64,000 bases of DNA from Spirochaetia bacterium (GTDB taxonomy: Bacteria > Spirochaetota > Spirochaetia > CADAEX01), in contig OY759746.1 of the NCBI GenBank assembly GCA_963662795.1, positions 1,280,001 to 1,344,000 of the forward strand, in the 5' to 3' direction. The stretch's first letter is position 1. Each line of letters opens with the position of its first letter. Made by a program: the position numbers and the translations under genes. The notes beneath the pieces were generated by a model. The model was not told where the DNA came from and ran no database searches. It saw nothing but the letters and a program-made list of their open reading frames with translations. This document shows positions 18,410 to 27,761 of the stretch, piece by piece.

Positions 18410-20401
18410 TTAAAATGCCGACGTTTCACTTACGGCACTGAAGACCAGTGCGCTCCTTGCCGGCAGATAGGGGGTAATAAAGGATCTCCCCCCATCGCTG
18501 ATGGTATGAAGCTTAAGCACATCAGGCACCCTGGCAAATCCGCAGAATCCCGGCGAATCGCTATTCAGAACAAGCTCATAAACGCCTTCGGCAGTATCAA
18601 GAACATAGTCAGTATGCGATACAAAAGGACTAAGGTTCACAGCAAACAAAAGATTCCCTCTTTTATAGGAAATAACCTGTCCCGCCTCATCAATCCTTAT
18701 GTTTTCCGCGTGAGGGCCAGAAAGGACTTTACCGCAGCTTTTCAGCAGTGCCCGGTCGAAGGCGGCGAGATAGTAATACTTCAGACTTTTATCATAAGCA
18801 AGGGACCACTGTCTCCTCGCATAATGATAGGACCAGTTATTGCCCTCGCGCGGGAAGTCAATCCATTCAGGATGGCCGAACTCGTTTCCCATAAAATTCA
18901 GATATCCCTCACCGCCTATTGAGAAAGTAAGCAGCCTTATGATTTTATGCAGAGCAATTCCCCTGTCCACAATAATGTTCTGGTCCTTAATTCCCATTGA
19001 TGTATACATAAGAGCATCCATTAATCTGAATGCTATTGTCTTGTCTCCGACAAGAGCCTGGTCATGCGATTCGCAGTATGCAATACTTTTTTCAGCTTTT
19101 CTTCTGTTGCTTAACTGATACCAGATTTCACCTGCAGACCAATGTTCATCCGGTTTTTCCTTGATTATCCTGATCCAGAAATCAGGGATTCCCATTGCAA
19201 GCCTGTAATCAAAGCCAAGCCCGCCCCCGTCAGTTCTGAAAGCCATTCCCGGATATCCGCTCATATCTTCAGAAACTGTTATTGCAGATGGTTTCATTTC
19301 ATGGATAAGCTCGTTTGCAAGAGAAATATATACAAGGGAATCTTCGTCAACATCAGGTGAAAAATAATCATCATAGCTTGTATAGGATTTTCCAAGACCA
19401 TGATCAGCATAGAGCATACTTGTTACCCCGTCGAAACGGAATCCGTCCATATTATATTCGCTTAACCAGTACACGCAGTTGGAAAGGAGGAAATGGATTA
19501 CCTTCTCTTTTCCGTAATCAAAAAGCCTCGTATCCCATGCAGGATGTGTTCCGCGGGGCCCTGCGTGAAAATATTGATAATCTGTTCCGTCAAAACGGGA
19601 GAGTCCCTCATTCTCGTTTTTTACTGCATGTGAATGGACAATATCCATGATCACCCTTAGCCCTGTCTCATGACATGAATCCACAAGCGATTTAAACTCT
19701 TCAGGTGTGCCGAATCTGGATGACAGGGCGAAAAAATTCGAAACCTGATACCCGAATGATCCATAGTAGGGATGTTCCATCAGGGCCATGAACTGAATTG
19801 TGTTATACCCTGAGTCTTTTATGAAAGGGAGAACATTTTTTTCAAATTCTGCAAATGTGCCGGTTTTCCCTTCCTCCTGAGCCATTCCAATATGAGCCTC
19901 ATAGATAAGCGGAGCCTCACCGGTTGATGTATAATTGTGTTTCCATCTGTATTTTTCAGGCGGATCCCATATCTGGGCTGAAAATATTTTTGTTTTCTCA
20001 TCCTGAACAACCCGCTGTGCATATGACGGGATCCTTTCTCCGCCTCCGCCGGGCCACTTTACATACAGTTTATAAACCATTCCATGCTGCAGCATATCCC
20101 TGCTGCAGGTGAGTTCCCAGTCGTCTGTTCCATCTATGCGGCTGAACCTGTATGCATCCGCGGTTTTCCATCCTGTAAATTCGCAGACAAGATATATAAA
20201 GGAGGCGTTCGGGGCCCATTCCCTTATTATCCAGCCTTCTTCTGTTTTATGAACGCCGTAGTAAAGATGTCCGCATGCATAATCAGAAAGCCTTCTTCCG
20301 CCGGTAATCCTTTTTCTTACAGAGAGATATTTTTTATATCTTTTTTCAATTAATCCTGACCAGGGCCTTAAATAATCATCAGTTTCAAAAATTTTAAGCA
20401 T
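18410..20401 (-). CDS. glgB: 1,4-alpha-glucan branching enzyme, eukaryote/Bacteroidota-type (GH13_8-like)
   Basis: REWAPNA, YEAHIGM, YYGSFGYQV, GFRFDGVTSM, EDMSG, YCESHDQALVGDKT and NFMGNEFGHPEWIDFPR motifs. Confidence 0.93.
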   Translation of the reverse strand: MLKIFETDDYLRPWSGLIEKRYKKYLSVRKRITGGRRLSDYACGHLYYGVHKTEEGWIIREWAPNASFIYLVCEFTGWKTADAYRFSRIDGTDDWELTCSRDMLQHGMVYKLYVKWPGGGGERIPSYAQRVVQDEKTKIFSAQIWDPPEKYRWKHNYTSTGEAPLIYEAHIGMAQEEGKTGTFAEFEKNVLPFIKDSGYNTIQFMALMEHPYYGSFGYQVSNFFALSSRFGTPEEFKSLVDSCHETGLRVIMDIVHSHAVKNENEGLSRFDGTDYQYFHAGPRGTHPAWDTRLFDYGKEKVIHFLLSNCVYWLSEYNMDGFRFDGVTSMLYADHGLGKSYTSYDDYFSPDVDEDSLVYISLANELIHEMKPSAITVSEDMSGYPGMAFRTDGGGLGFDYRLAMGIPDFWIRIIKEKPDEHWSAGEIWYQLSNRRKAEKSIAYCESHDQALVGDKTIAFRLMDALMYTSMGIKDQNIIVDRGIALHKIIRLLTFSIGGEGYLNFMGNEFGHPEWIDFPREGNNWSYHYARRQWSLAYDKSLKYYYLAAFDRALLKSCGKVLSGPHAENIRIDEAGQVISYKRGNLLFAVNLSPFVSHTDYVLDTAEGVYELVLNSDSPGFCGFARVPDVLKLHTISDGGRSFITPYLPARSALVFSAVSETSAF

Positions 20402-20487
20402 TTTTAAATTCCTGTTTGTACTGAATAAAACTGCATACAGAAGAAATACAATAATACTAATTATATTACAGATACATAAAAATCTTA

Positions 20488-21138
20488 TTAATAATTATCA
20501 TCATCAAGATATTTATTGATAAGCGACAGGGGATAACCTTTTCTTACAAGTGATATTCTGATTTTTTCAGGGGTTCTCCCGGACCTGCGGATCTGTTTAT
20601 GGAAAGCTTTTTCAAATGCCTCCATATATGCATCACTGTCGGGAGTCAAACCCTTTAGCACATCCTCGGCAAGAATTCTGCTGATCCCTTTTCTCATAAG
20701 AGCGGCTTTAAGCATAAGAGGCGACTGGGGATTCCTGAGAAGTCTTGATGCTACCCAGTTTTCAGCATATTGCCTGTCATCAAGGATTTTTTTTTCAGTG
20801 AGTCTTTCAATTACTGTTTTTATTTCTAAGCCGGAAAAACCTCTTTTCATCAGCTTCTGCTTAAGCATAAACCCGGTGGAAGGGGCAAAAGCAAGGATAT
20901 CAAGAGCTTTGCTGTAGGCGCGACATACCATGTCCAGGTATTCAAGTTTTTCCAGAACACTGCCTGATATATCACCGGCAGAATTTATATCAAGCGACCG
21001 GGCATCTTCAGGCAAAATAAAAAAAGAGGAACTGTTCGAGAGAATAATCTCGATGAAAGTCCCTCTTTCCTTTATTTGCGATACAGAAATATTAACGTTT
21101 CGAGAACTGGAATCTTCTTCTCGCTCCCTTTCTACCAT
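20488..21138 (-). CDS. recX: Regulatory protein RecX
   Basis: KALDILA...[26 protein letters not shown] and LVRKGY repeats. Start uncertain because it overlaps rpsI. Confidence 0.8.
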   Translation of the reverse strand: MVEREREEDSSSRNVNISVSQIKERGTFIEIILSNSSSFFILPEDARSLDINSAGDISGSVLEKLEYLDMVCRAYSKALDILAFAPSTGFMLKQKLMKRGFSGLEIKTVIERLTEKKILDDRQYAENWVASRLLRNPQSPLMLKAALMRKGISRILAEDVLKGLTPDSDAYMEAFEKAFHKQIRRSGRTPEKIRISLVRKGYPLSLINKYLDDDNY

Positions 21139-21484
21139 ATTTCTTTCTTTCAACCATTCTTGAGTCTCTGGTCAGAAAACCATTCGCCCTTAATGCTGAT
21201 CTGTTGGATTCATCATACATTACCAGCACTCGTGCTATACCGTGTCTGCAGGCGCCTGCCTGTCCGGTTATACCGCCGCCTGCCACATTAACATAAATAT
21301 CAAACTTTCCTTCATTGCTGGTAACAGTCAAAGGCTGTTTAATTGTAAATATGTGTTCAGCGTTGGGGAAATAATTTTCAGCAGGTTTGCCGTTAACTAC
21401 AATTCCCCCTTTTCCGTCTCTAAGGTAAACCCTGGCTACGGATGTTTTTCTTCGACCTGTTCCTAATGCAAGATTTTTTACCAC
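21092..21484 (-). CDS. rpsI: 30S ribosomal protein S9
   Basis: [22 protein letters not shown] and C-terminal [19 protein letters not shown]. Confidence 0.98.
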   Translation of the reverse strand: MVKNLALGTGRRKTSVARVYLRDGKGGIVVNGKPAENYFPNAEHIFTIKQPLTVTSNEGKFDIYVNVAGGGITGQAGACRHGIARVLVMYDESNRSALRANGFLTRDSRMVERKKYGRKGARRRFQFSKR

Positions 21485-21500
21485 TTGTTAACTCCTAATC

Positions 21501-21929
21501 CTATATTCCCGTCGCTTCAGGGTTCTGAGCTGCATGAGGATGTTCAGCTCCTGCATAAATCTTTACATTTCTGTACAGTTTGTTTCCGAGCGCCCCTTTG
21601 GGAAGCATACCCCTCACTGCCTTTTCCATTGGAAAAGTGGGTTTCCGCGCAATTACTTTTCTGTAACTTTCCACTTTTAATCCGCCGGGAAAGCGTGAAT
21701 GGCTGTAATACAGTTTTTTATCTTCTTTTCCGCCTGATACAAGCGCTTTTTCTACGTTTACAATAATCACATAATCACCGATTTCCTGATGAGGAACAAA
21801 GCATGGTTTGTGTTTACCTCTGGCAAGGTTTGCTGCCTTTACAGCAACTTTACCAAGTATTTTGCCTTCCGCGTCAATTACGAACCATTTCCTTTCAACA
21901 TCGTTCGGCTTCAAAAATATTGTTTTCAT
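21501..21929 (-). CDS. rplM: 50S ribosomal protein L13
   Basis: RKWFVIDAEG, GDYVIIVN, AVRGMLPK and HPHAAQNP motifs. Confidence 0.98.
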   Translation of the reverse strand: MKTIFLKPNDVERKWFVIDAEGKILGKVAVKAANLARGKHKPCFVPHQEIGDYVIIVNVEKALVSGGKEDKKLYYSHSRFPGGLKVESYRKVIARKPTFPMEKAVRGMLPKGALGNKLYRNVKIYAGAEHPHAAQNPEATGI

Positions 21930-21965
21930 TTATCTGCCCTTTTTCATATTTTTTTATGCATAAGA

Positions 21966-22028
21966 CAGATTTCATTTCAGTTATCCAGCGTAACGGGGCT
22001 ATCAAAACTGAATTAATGATAAAATCTG
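21966..22028 (-). promoter_or_regulatory. Structured rplM 5' leader, candidate L13 autoregulatory leader
   Basis: Long imperfect hairpin (CAGATTT...TTCAGTT / AACTGAA...AAATCTG) enclosing AGCCCCG on the minus strand, upstream of rplM. Confidence 0.45.
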
Positions 22029-22201
22029 CCATGCCTGTAAGCATGATTTTATATTGTACAAGAATTATCAAAAAATCCTCTTTAGTCAAGAGGTTAAAAA
22101 AGATATATTGTATTGATTTATGTGTTGGTAATTTGATAAAATATGATATGCTTCGGGGAAAAGTCAATATTATTTGAAAATTTCCGCGGAAGGGGAATAT
22201 T

Positions 22202-22666
22202 TTGGAAATTCAATTCAGAAACATTAAAAAACAGGACATAGAAAATATGCTCCAGATGTGTGCGGAAACAGGATACGAAACAAGATATGAAACCTTATCA
22301 GCAAAAGTAAGCGATATCATAAAAAACAAAAATTCTGTTATTATTGTTGCAGTGGATAATGAGAACAAGCCGGCCGGATGGATACAGCTTGAGATAAGCA
22401 ATTTTATATTTTCAGACAGGACATGCAATATACTCGGCCTTTTCGTTGACAAGAAATACAGGGGAAGGCGTATCGGAAAAAAGCTTCTTGAAAAAGCCGC
22501 GGAGTGGGCAAAAGCAAACAACTGTTTAGGACTTGAGATATATTCTGATATTACACGGATTGATTCACACGATTTCTACAGACATCTTGATTTCAAGCAT
22601 ATTAAAACACAGCAGAATTTCTATAAAAGCATGAAATTTATTGATAAAGGGCAGGCAAAAGACTGA
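22202..22666 (+). CDS. GNAT family N-acetyltransferase
   Basis: LFVDKKYRGRRIGKKLL acetyl-CoA motif A and SHDFYRHLDF motif B. Confidence 0.9.
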   Translation: MEIQFRNIKKQDIENMLQMCAETGYETRYETLSAKVSDIIKNKNSVIIVAVDNENKPAGWIQLEISNFIFSDRTCNILGLFVDKKYRGRRIGKKLLEKAAEWAKANNCLGLEIYSDITRIDSHDFYRHLDFKHIKTQQNFYKSMKFIDKGQAKD

Positions 22667-22668
22667 TT

Positions 22669-22968
22669 TTATCTTTTCATATTTTTTACAGCTTTTATAA
22701 CAAGGGCTATAATTAAAAACAGTACCGGAATATATCTGAAAACTGCATCGATCAAATCTATCCCGTACAGAACATAATTTCCCTGCAGTATAATCCCGAA
22801 AAAAATAAATGTATTATATATAACACTGGTATAATAACCCAGTACCGCAAGAACAATAAACACCCAGCTGCTGTCTCTTGTTTTTACCCATACTATAATT
22901 GCAATAAAAGCAGCAATTCCTGCAAGTATATTATCCGCAAATAAGGTAAAAACCTGCATATCCATCAA
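22669..22968 (-). CDS. Small membrane protein (about three TM helices)
   Basis: Hydrophobic segments; 4-nt overlap with the upstream ORF. Confidence 0.7.
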   Translation of the reverse strand: MMDMQVFTLFADNILAGIAAFIAIIVWVKTRDSSWVFIVLAVLGYYTSVIYNTFIFFGIILQGNYVLYGIDLIDAVFRYIPVLFLIIALVIKAVKNMKR

Positions 22969-23795
22969 TATATCCCCCTTATTACCTTATCGGCAGTTTT
23001 CAGGAATATTGCTCTCTCTCCATCCGAAATTTCCGCCGGCAGGGCTGATAAACCGGAAAAAACCGGCTGAATCAAAATCTGGTTTGCCAGAAAGGTTTTA
23101 TATACAAAAGGCTGATTGTCTTTTGTATAGCGCGGCAGAAGATATGGTGTCTTCACATCCCAGATTTTATCAATTTTTTCAATAAACTCTTTCCAGTCTT
23201 TATACGGTTCTTTTTCAATATGCTGAATCAGTCTGTAAATAATTATATTAAGTCCTGCAAGGAGTAGAGGAGAAACAGGAGTGCCGCCTGCCAAATCAGC
23301 ATCTGAAGAAAGTAAAACAACAGGGGAAAAGCTCCCTGGAAAAGGGAGCAGAGGCATAACATACCTGTGATCAGCAAGAAAGTCTTTAAGGGTAATTCCG
23401 CAAAAAGGATACCATTGGCAGATCATCCCTTTTCTGTCATAAGATGAAGTTTCAGGAAAATCCGGACACACTCTGACCTCACGGTCTTCTTTCGCGGAAA
23501 TAAATTCAGCAGCTTCCCCTGCTGTGCAGAAAACAGCGGCATTAAATGAATCCGTACCGGAGAGCTCTTTCAGCGCCCTTATAATCTTTTTTTCATATCC
23601 GGAGGAGACGCTGTAATAATTGCCTTTTTCAATTTCCTTTTTAAGGGCATTGGAAAATCCTGCCGGACGGCTTCCAAGAATTGACTTACCGTTCTCCTGA
23701 TAGAAATCGAGATATCGGATTCCGTCTTGAGAATAAAATCTGTAACCGCGGACTCTCTTTATGACAGGTGGGCTGATATTCAGGTCTAAAGGCAT
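22965..23795 (-). CDS. Degenerate class-III PLP aminotransferase-like protein
   Basis: N-terminus IKRVRGYRFYSQDGIRYLDFYQENGKSILG matches the class-III N-terminal pattern; short, with no recognisable PLP-lysine motif. Confidence 0.6.
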   Translation of the reverse strand: MPLDLNISPPVIKRVRGYRFYSQDGIRYLDFYQENGKSILGSRPAGFSNALKKEIEKGNYYSVSSGYEKKIIRALKELSGTDSFNAAVFCTAGEAAEFISAKEDREVRVCPDFPETSSYDRKGMICQWYPFCGITLKDFLADHRYVMPLLPFPGSFSPVVLLSSDADLAGGTPVSPLLLAGLNIIIYRLIQHIEKEPYKDWKEFIEKIDKIWDVKTPYLLPRYTKDNQPFVYKTFLANQILIQPVFSGLSALPAEISDGERAIFLKTADKVIRGIY

Positions 23796-23821
23796 AAGTT
23801 TGTTTCCAGTTGATCTTTATT

Positions 23822-24175
23822 TTAGTTTAAATATTTATATACTTTATCAAGCTTTCTTTTTATCAGCACATATACAACCTCAGGCAGACCAAGGTCTTTT
23901 ACCTTTTTTTTAAAAAAGTCGTTGATATAAGCAGAGAGCTCTTCAATAGTTTCATATTTTCCGGAAAGAGCATCAATTTCCTTTTCCATCTTTCTTATAC
24001 CAGCAAGCTCTGACCTGAAAGTTGAAAGGTTTTCCATAAAAACATAATCTGTAATTTTATGTTCATCAAATCTTTTCTTTAAAAGTTCCTCACCGTATTG
24101 GACATCATATTCGAGATCTTCAAGTTCAATCTTAAGAATTTTTATATATCTTTCAATTCCATGTTTTTTATCCAT
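23822..24175 (-). CDS. Hypothetical helical protein
   Basis: 117-aa ORF with a GGGGAG RBS; charged, helical composition. Confidence 0.7.
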   Translation of the reverse strand: MDKKHGIERYIKILKIELEDLEYDVQYGEELLKKRFDEHKITDYVFMENLSTFRSELAGIRKMEKEIDALSGKYETIEELSAYINDFFKKKVKDLGLPEVVYVLIKRKLDKVYKYLN

Positions 24176-24507
24176 CTGTTTCTCCCCGTAATTACTTAAA
24201 CACTCTTATCTATATTATAGGTTCAGTGGGTAAAGAGTTCAATTATTTTCCAGTAAACAGTTGATTTAACATTGAATAATTGAAGTTAAAAAATATTTTA
24301 AAACCAACCTGTAGTTTATTTATATCTTCAATTCTTTCAACTTTAAAAGCTTCAAGAAATTTTATTACAGTGAAATGAGAACCGATCAAATAACAAATCA
24401 CAAGGTCATAAAAGTTTCAATTATATTTCATTCTTCCCAGATAGCATGTTTTAACCTTGGTCAAATTCATTTCCCCAAGGTAATCTCTCTTATAATATAC
24501 TTTTTTG

Positions 24508-25425
24508 TTAAACAGATTTTTCTTTAATTACAAGATTTTGATCAACATCATTAATAAATTTTATCAGCCCCTTAAAGTATGTTATGGGATCATCACATTG
24601 AGATAAATGACTTCCGTTAGTAGTAATACTTCTTCCATTTTGCACTTGTGTACTCATCCATTCCATATATTTTGGGTCCATGGTGTCATATTTTCCACCA
24701 ATCATTAGTGTAGGGATAGAAAGTTCTGGTAAACGACTTGAAACATCCCATCCGATTAAACTAGCATTCTTAGTGATTCCAAATTCGCTATAACCTTGCA
24801 TATAAATATAAATTTTGGAATTCAAATGCCTGAATGCTCTTTTAATGGAGTTTGGCCATTCTTGTAAAGGTTTTCTTAAAACATGTTGGGTATAATAATA
24901 TTCTGTAATTAATTCAGTATATCTCAAATTAGTATAATCTTCATTTTTCTCAAATTGTATAATTTCTTCAAACACTTCAACTGGCATTTTAGGACCCAGA
25001 ACTTCTTTTGCATATTTTTCGTACTCGCTTAAACTTGCCATCATGTTTGAAATGATGAGTCCTTTGATGTTGTTCTGATATTTTAGAGCATATTCCATAG
25101 CTAAAAGCCCTCCCCAAGACTGACCTAGCAAATAGAAATTGCTTTTATCAAGGTTTAAAGCGATGCGGACTTGTTCAACTTCTTCGACAAAGTGTTCGGT
25201 CGTCCAAAGTGCAGAATCATTTGGCTGATCGCTGTAATATGAATCGAGTTGATCATAATAAATGAACTCAATCTCTTCATTAGGGAAGTAATCTTCAAAA
25301 CATTCAAAAAACTCATGTGTTCCCCCAGGACCTCCATGAAGTAGCAATACTTTCATTGATGGATTATTACCAACACGTTTAGTCCAGACATTAAATGTTC
25401 CTTTTTTTGTAGTTATGGTAATCAC
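24508..25425 (-). CDS. Proline iminopeptidase-family alpha/beta hydrolase (S33)
   Basis: LLHGGPG, YYDQL, GQSWGG (Ser), GKYDTM (Asp), GSHL (His); GTG start after GGAGGT. Confidence 0.88.
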   Translation of the reverse strand: MITITTKKGTFNVWTKRVGNNPSMKVLLLHGGPGGTHEFFECFEDYFPNEEIEFIYYDQLDSYYSDQPNDSALWTTEHFVEEVEQVRIALNLDKSNFYLLGQSWGGLLAMEYALKYQNNIKGLIISNMMASLSEYEKYAKEVLGPKMPVEVFEEIIQFEKNEDYTNLRYTELITEYYYTQHVLRKPLQEWPNSIKRAFRHLNSKIYIYMQGYSEFGITKNASLIGWDVSSRLPELSIPTLMIGGKYDTMDPKYMEWMSTQVQNGRSITTNGSHLSQCDDPITYFKGLIKFINDVDQNLVIKEKSV

Positions 25426-25511
25426 TTCATACCTCCTGTAATTAGATCAATTCTTATCGGAATAATCATAATAATTTGATTTAAACTAATCAGATTATAT
25501 ATCTTTCATGA

Positions 25512-26453
25512 TTATTTTATAAAAACAGGCACACCCTTGAGGAGATTTATCCAGTAATCAAGTCTCGGATCCAACCACAAATGACGTAGTCTGGAAAACT
25601 GAACGCCATACCATTCCATATAATCAAATTTAACATCAGAATGTAGAGACTGCTGAAGCGCCCAATAACCCCATTTAATATCAGCTACAATTTTATATAA
25701 TTTCATTCTGGCAAAACCTTTTTCATCCCATTCTCCATGGTAAAGTTTACACATTTCAACATCCATAGCTTCAGTAAGAAAATTTGATGTTGAAAAACAT
25801 CCAAGATCATTGTAAGGATCACTCATGGTTGCATATTCAAAATCAATTATTTTTAAATCAGCGCTTTTCTCATTATACATAATATTATTTGTCCATAAAT
25901 CATTATGTGAAGGACTCCAATTTATACCATCTTTGATAACAGCTTCTTCAATTGTATTCAGCAAAAAGATTATCCTGTCATACCATGGTGGTTGATATCC
26001 CATCTCATTAGCTCTTTTTATCATCAGTCTTGCCTGATCAAAAAGGGTTTGTTTTAAAGGAAGATCTGTTTCTCTATATGAATGAAATTTAGCTGTAGTA
26101 TTTACGATTTTTTTAAAAATCTTTTCATTGTAAACATCTCCAAATGTGAGCTGTCTGTATCCATCAAGCCATTCCCAGATTTCAACACCGGTATCATTAA
26201 AATATTTAAATACAGCAGGGCCTGCTCCCGTTTTCATAGCAATAATATTTGCCTCATGACAGTTGTCTCTGTCTATATAATTTTCGGTTCCGGCTCCTGG
26301 TATTTTTAAAAAATAACTTTTATTATCAGCTTTAATAATATAATTGGGATTAGTAATTCCATTTTCCACAGATTTAAATTCAACTTCACATTTTTTCCAT
26401 TCAAAAACCCGCTTAACAGCAGTTCCTACATCAGTTTTTAAAAGTTTTTTCAT
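25512..26453 (-). CDS. Choline/ethanolamine kinase-family (APH-like) phosphotransferase
   Basis: GITNPNY, FLKIPG, Brenner motif SHNDLWTNN, IIDFEYA and DPYNDLG. Confidence 0.88.
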   Translation of the reverse strand: MKKLLKTDVGTAVKRVFEWKKCEVEFKSVENGITNPNYIIKADNKSYFLKIPGAGTENYIDRDNCHEANIIAMKTGAGPAVFKYFNDTGVEIWEWLDGYRQLTFGDVYNEKIFKKIVNTTAKFHSYRETDLPLKQTLFDQARLMIKRANEMGYQPPWYDRIIFLLNTIEEAVIKDGINWSPSHNDLWTNNIMYNEKSADLKIIDFEYATMSDPYNDLGCFSTSNFLTEAMDVEMCKLYHGEWDEKGFARMKLYKIVADIKWGYWALQQSLHSDVKFDYMEWYGVQFSRLRHLWLDPRLDYWINLLKGVPVFIK

Positions 26454-27685
26454 GATTCTTCCATATTCATTACATTTTTTATAATTTCAACATATCCTCT
26501 AATTGTTTCAAGCATTTTATCAATATTAACCCGTTCCTTGGGTTTATGAATCCATTCCTCAGATGCACCTGAATATCCAATTGTTGGAATATTATGGATA
26601 CCACAGCTCATACTACCATCACATCCAGATTTCCAGTATTTCAAAGAAGGATTTTGACCTACCCTTTTTAATGCTTCAATAGTTTTTATAACAAAATAAT
26701 TTTCTTTTTTCATTATCCAGGGCGGATGATATTTTTTAATTCTTTTTTGATAGCCAGTATAAGTTGTTTCTTCAAAATATCGAGCTTCGACAGAAGCTTT
26801 AAAATCTCTGTCTTTTGATTTAATTTTATTAAAAAGTATTTCAAATTCTTCAATAAGTGATTCAATTGTTTCGTCAGGCATATACCTTCTATCTACGGAA
26901 ATTTCACACTCGTCAGGGATTACACTTAAAGAGCCAGGTTTTACTTTACAGTCCGTAACGGTTACAGTTCCATCTCCGAATAGGGGATCGGATTTCATAT
27001 TTTGCGGCATAGTCCTAAAAATATAATCAAGAACTGGAATCATCTTTTCCAGTGCATTAATTCCTGCTCCTGGATTAGATGAATGTGCCGTTTCCCCTTT
27101 TGTTGTAATCACAAGTTCTACTTTACCTCTCTGGCCTATTGCCAGATTACTGTCAGTTGGTTCTGCCAAGCACACAAAATCACATTTTAAATTATGTTCA
27201 GGAAGAGTTTTTTCTATCAGATATTCCATTCCTAACATTTCAGCTGATTCTTCATGTACAACTGCTGAAAAGATCAAATCTCCAGGAAGCTTAAGTCCTT
27301 TGTCAGTTAATTGTTTAAAATGGAGCATGACAAAAAAAAGGGCAGCTAAACCTCCTTTCATGTCAGAGGAACCTCTTCCGTAAAGATTCATTTCCTCATC
27401 AATTTCTGCTTCAAACGGTTTGTATGGAGACCATTCTTCAATATTTCCCGGTGGGACAGTGTCGAGATGTCCATTCAGCATTATATTTGGACCTTTTCCC
27501 TCTCCCTTTATTACAGCTATCAGGTTTCCGCATTTATCAATGAAGCAGTTATTTATTTGATTTTTAATAAAACTATTTTTTAATAAATCGGCAAGATCTT
27601 TTTCGTGTCCGGTAACGGATTGAGTTGTAATCAATTGTTTTAGAAAATCTATATAATCCTTTTCAATAATTTTATTATTCATCAT
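26450..27685 (-). CDS. M20 metallohydrolase (ArgE/DapE/YgeY-like amidohydrolase)
   Basis: NGHLDTV, GRGSSDMKGG, VHEE, AEPT, AHSSNP and IHKPKE metal-binding motifs. Confidence 0.9.
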   Translation of the reverse strand: MMNNKIIEKDYIDFLKQLITTQSVTGHEKDLADLLKNSFIKNQINNCFIDKCGNLIAVIKGEGKGPNIMLNGHLDTVPPGNIEEWSPYKPFEAEIDEEMNLYGRGSSDMKGGLAALFFVMLHFKQLTDKGLKLPGDLIFSAVVHEESAEMLGMEYLIEKTLPEHNLKCDFVCLAEPTDSNLAIGQRGKVELVITTKGETAHSSNPGAGINALEKMIPVLDYIFRTMPQNMKSDPLFGDGTVTVTDCKVKPGSLSVIPDECEISVDRRYMPDETIESLIEEFEILFNKIKSKDRDFKASVEARYFEETTYTGYQKRIKKYHPPWIMKKENYFVIKTIEALKRVGQNPSLKYWKSGCDGSMSCGIHNIPTIGYSGASEEWIHKPKERVNIDKMLETIRGYVEIIKNVMNMEES

Positions 27686-27720
27686 TATTTCGTCTGTTTA
27701 TCCTTTAAGAATTAAAATCG

Positions 27721-27756
27721 TACAATCACAACCGGTTATTTCCGGTTGTGATTGTA
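27721..27756. other. Perfect 15-bp intercistronic hairpin
   Basis: TACAATCACAACCGG-TTATTT-CCGGTTGTGATTGTA between DUF819 and M20 genes. Confidence 0.85.
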
Positions 27757-27761
27757 AATGT

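Noticed and set aside
24243-24400. Short open frame (…KFLEAFKVERIEDINK…) in the left islet spacer as a gene remnant
   Set aside because: No start codon or RBS and no recognisable family; compatible with chance in AT-rich DNA.
22965-26453. Pairing of the islet kinase with the class-III aminotransferase-like gene as a kinase/phospho-lyase pathway
   Set aside because: The aminotransferase-like gene lies outside the AT-rich islet, is separated by another gene and a long spacer, and lacks visible PLP motifs.
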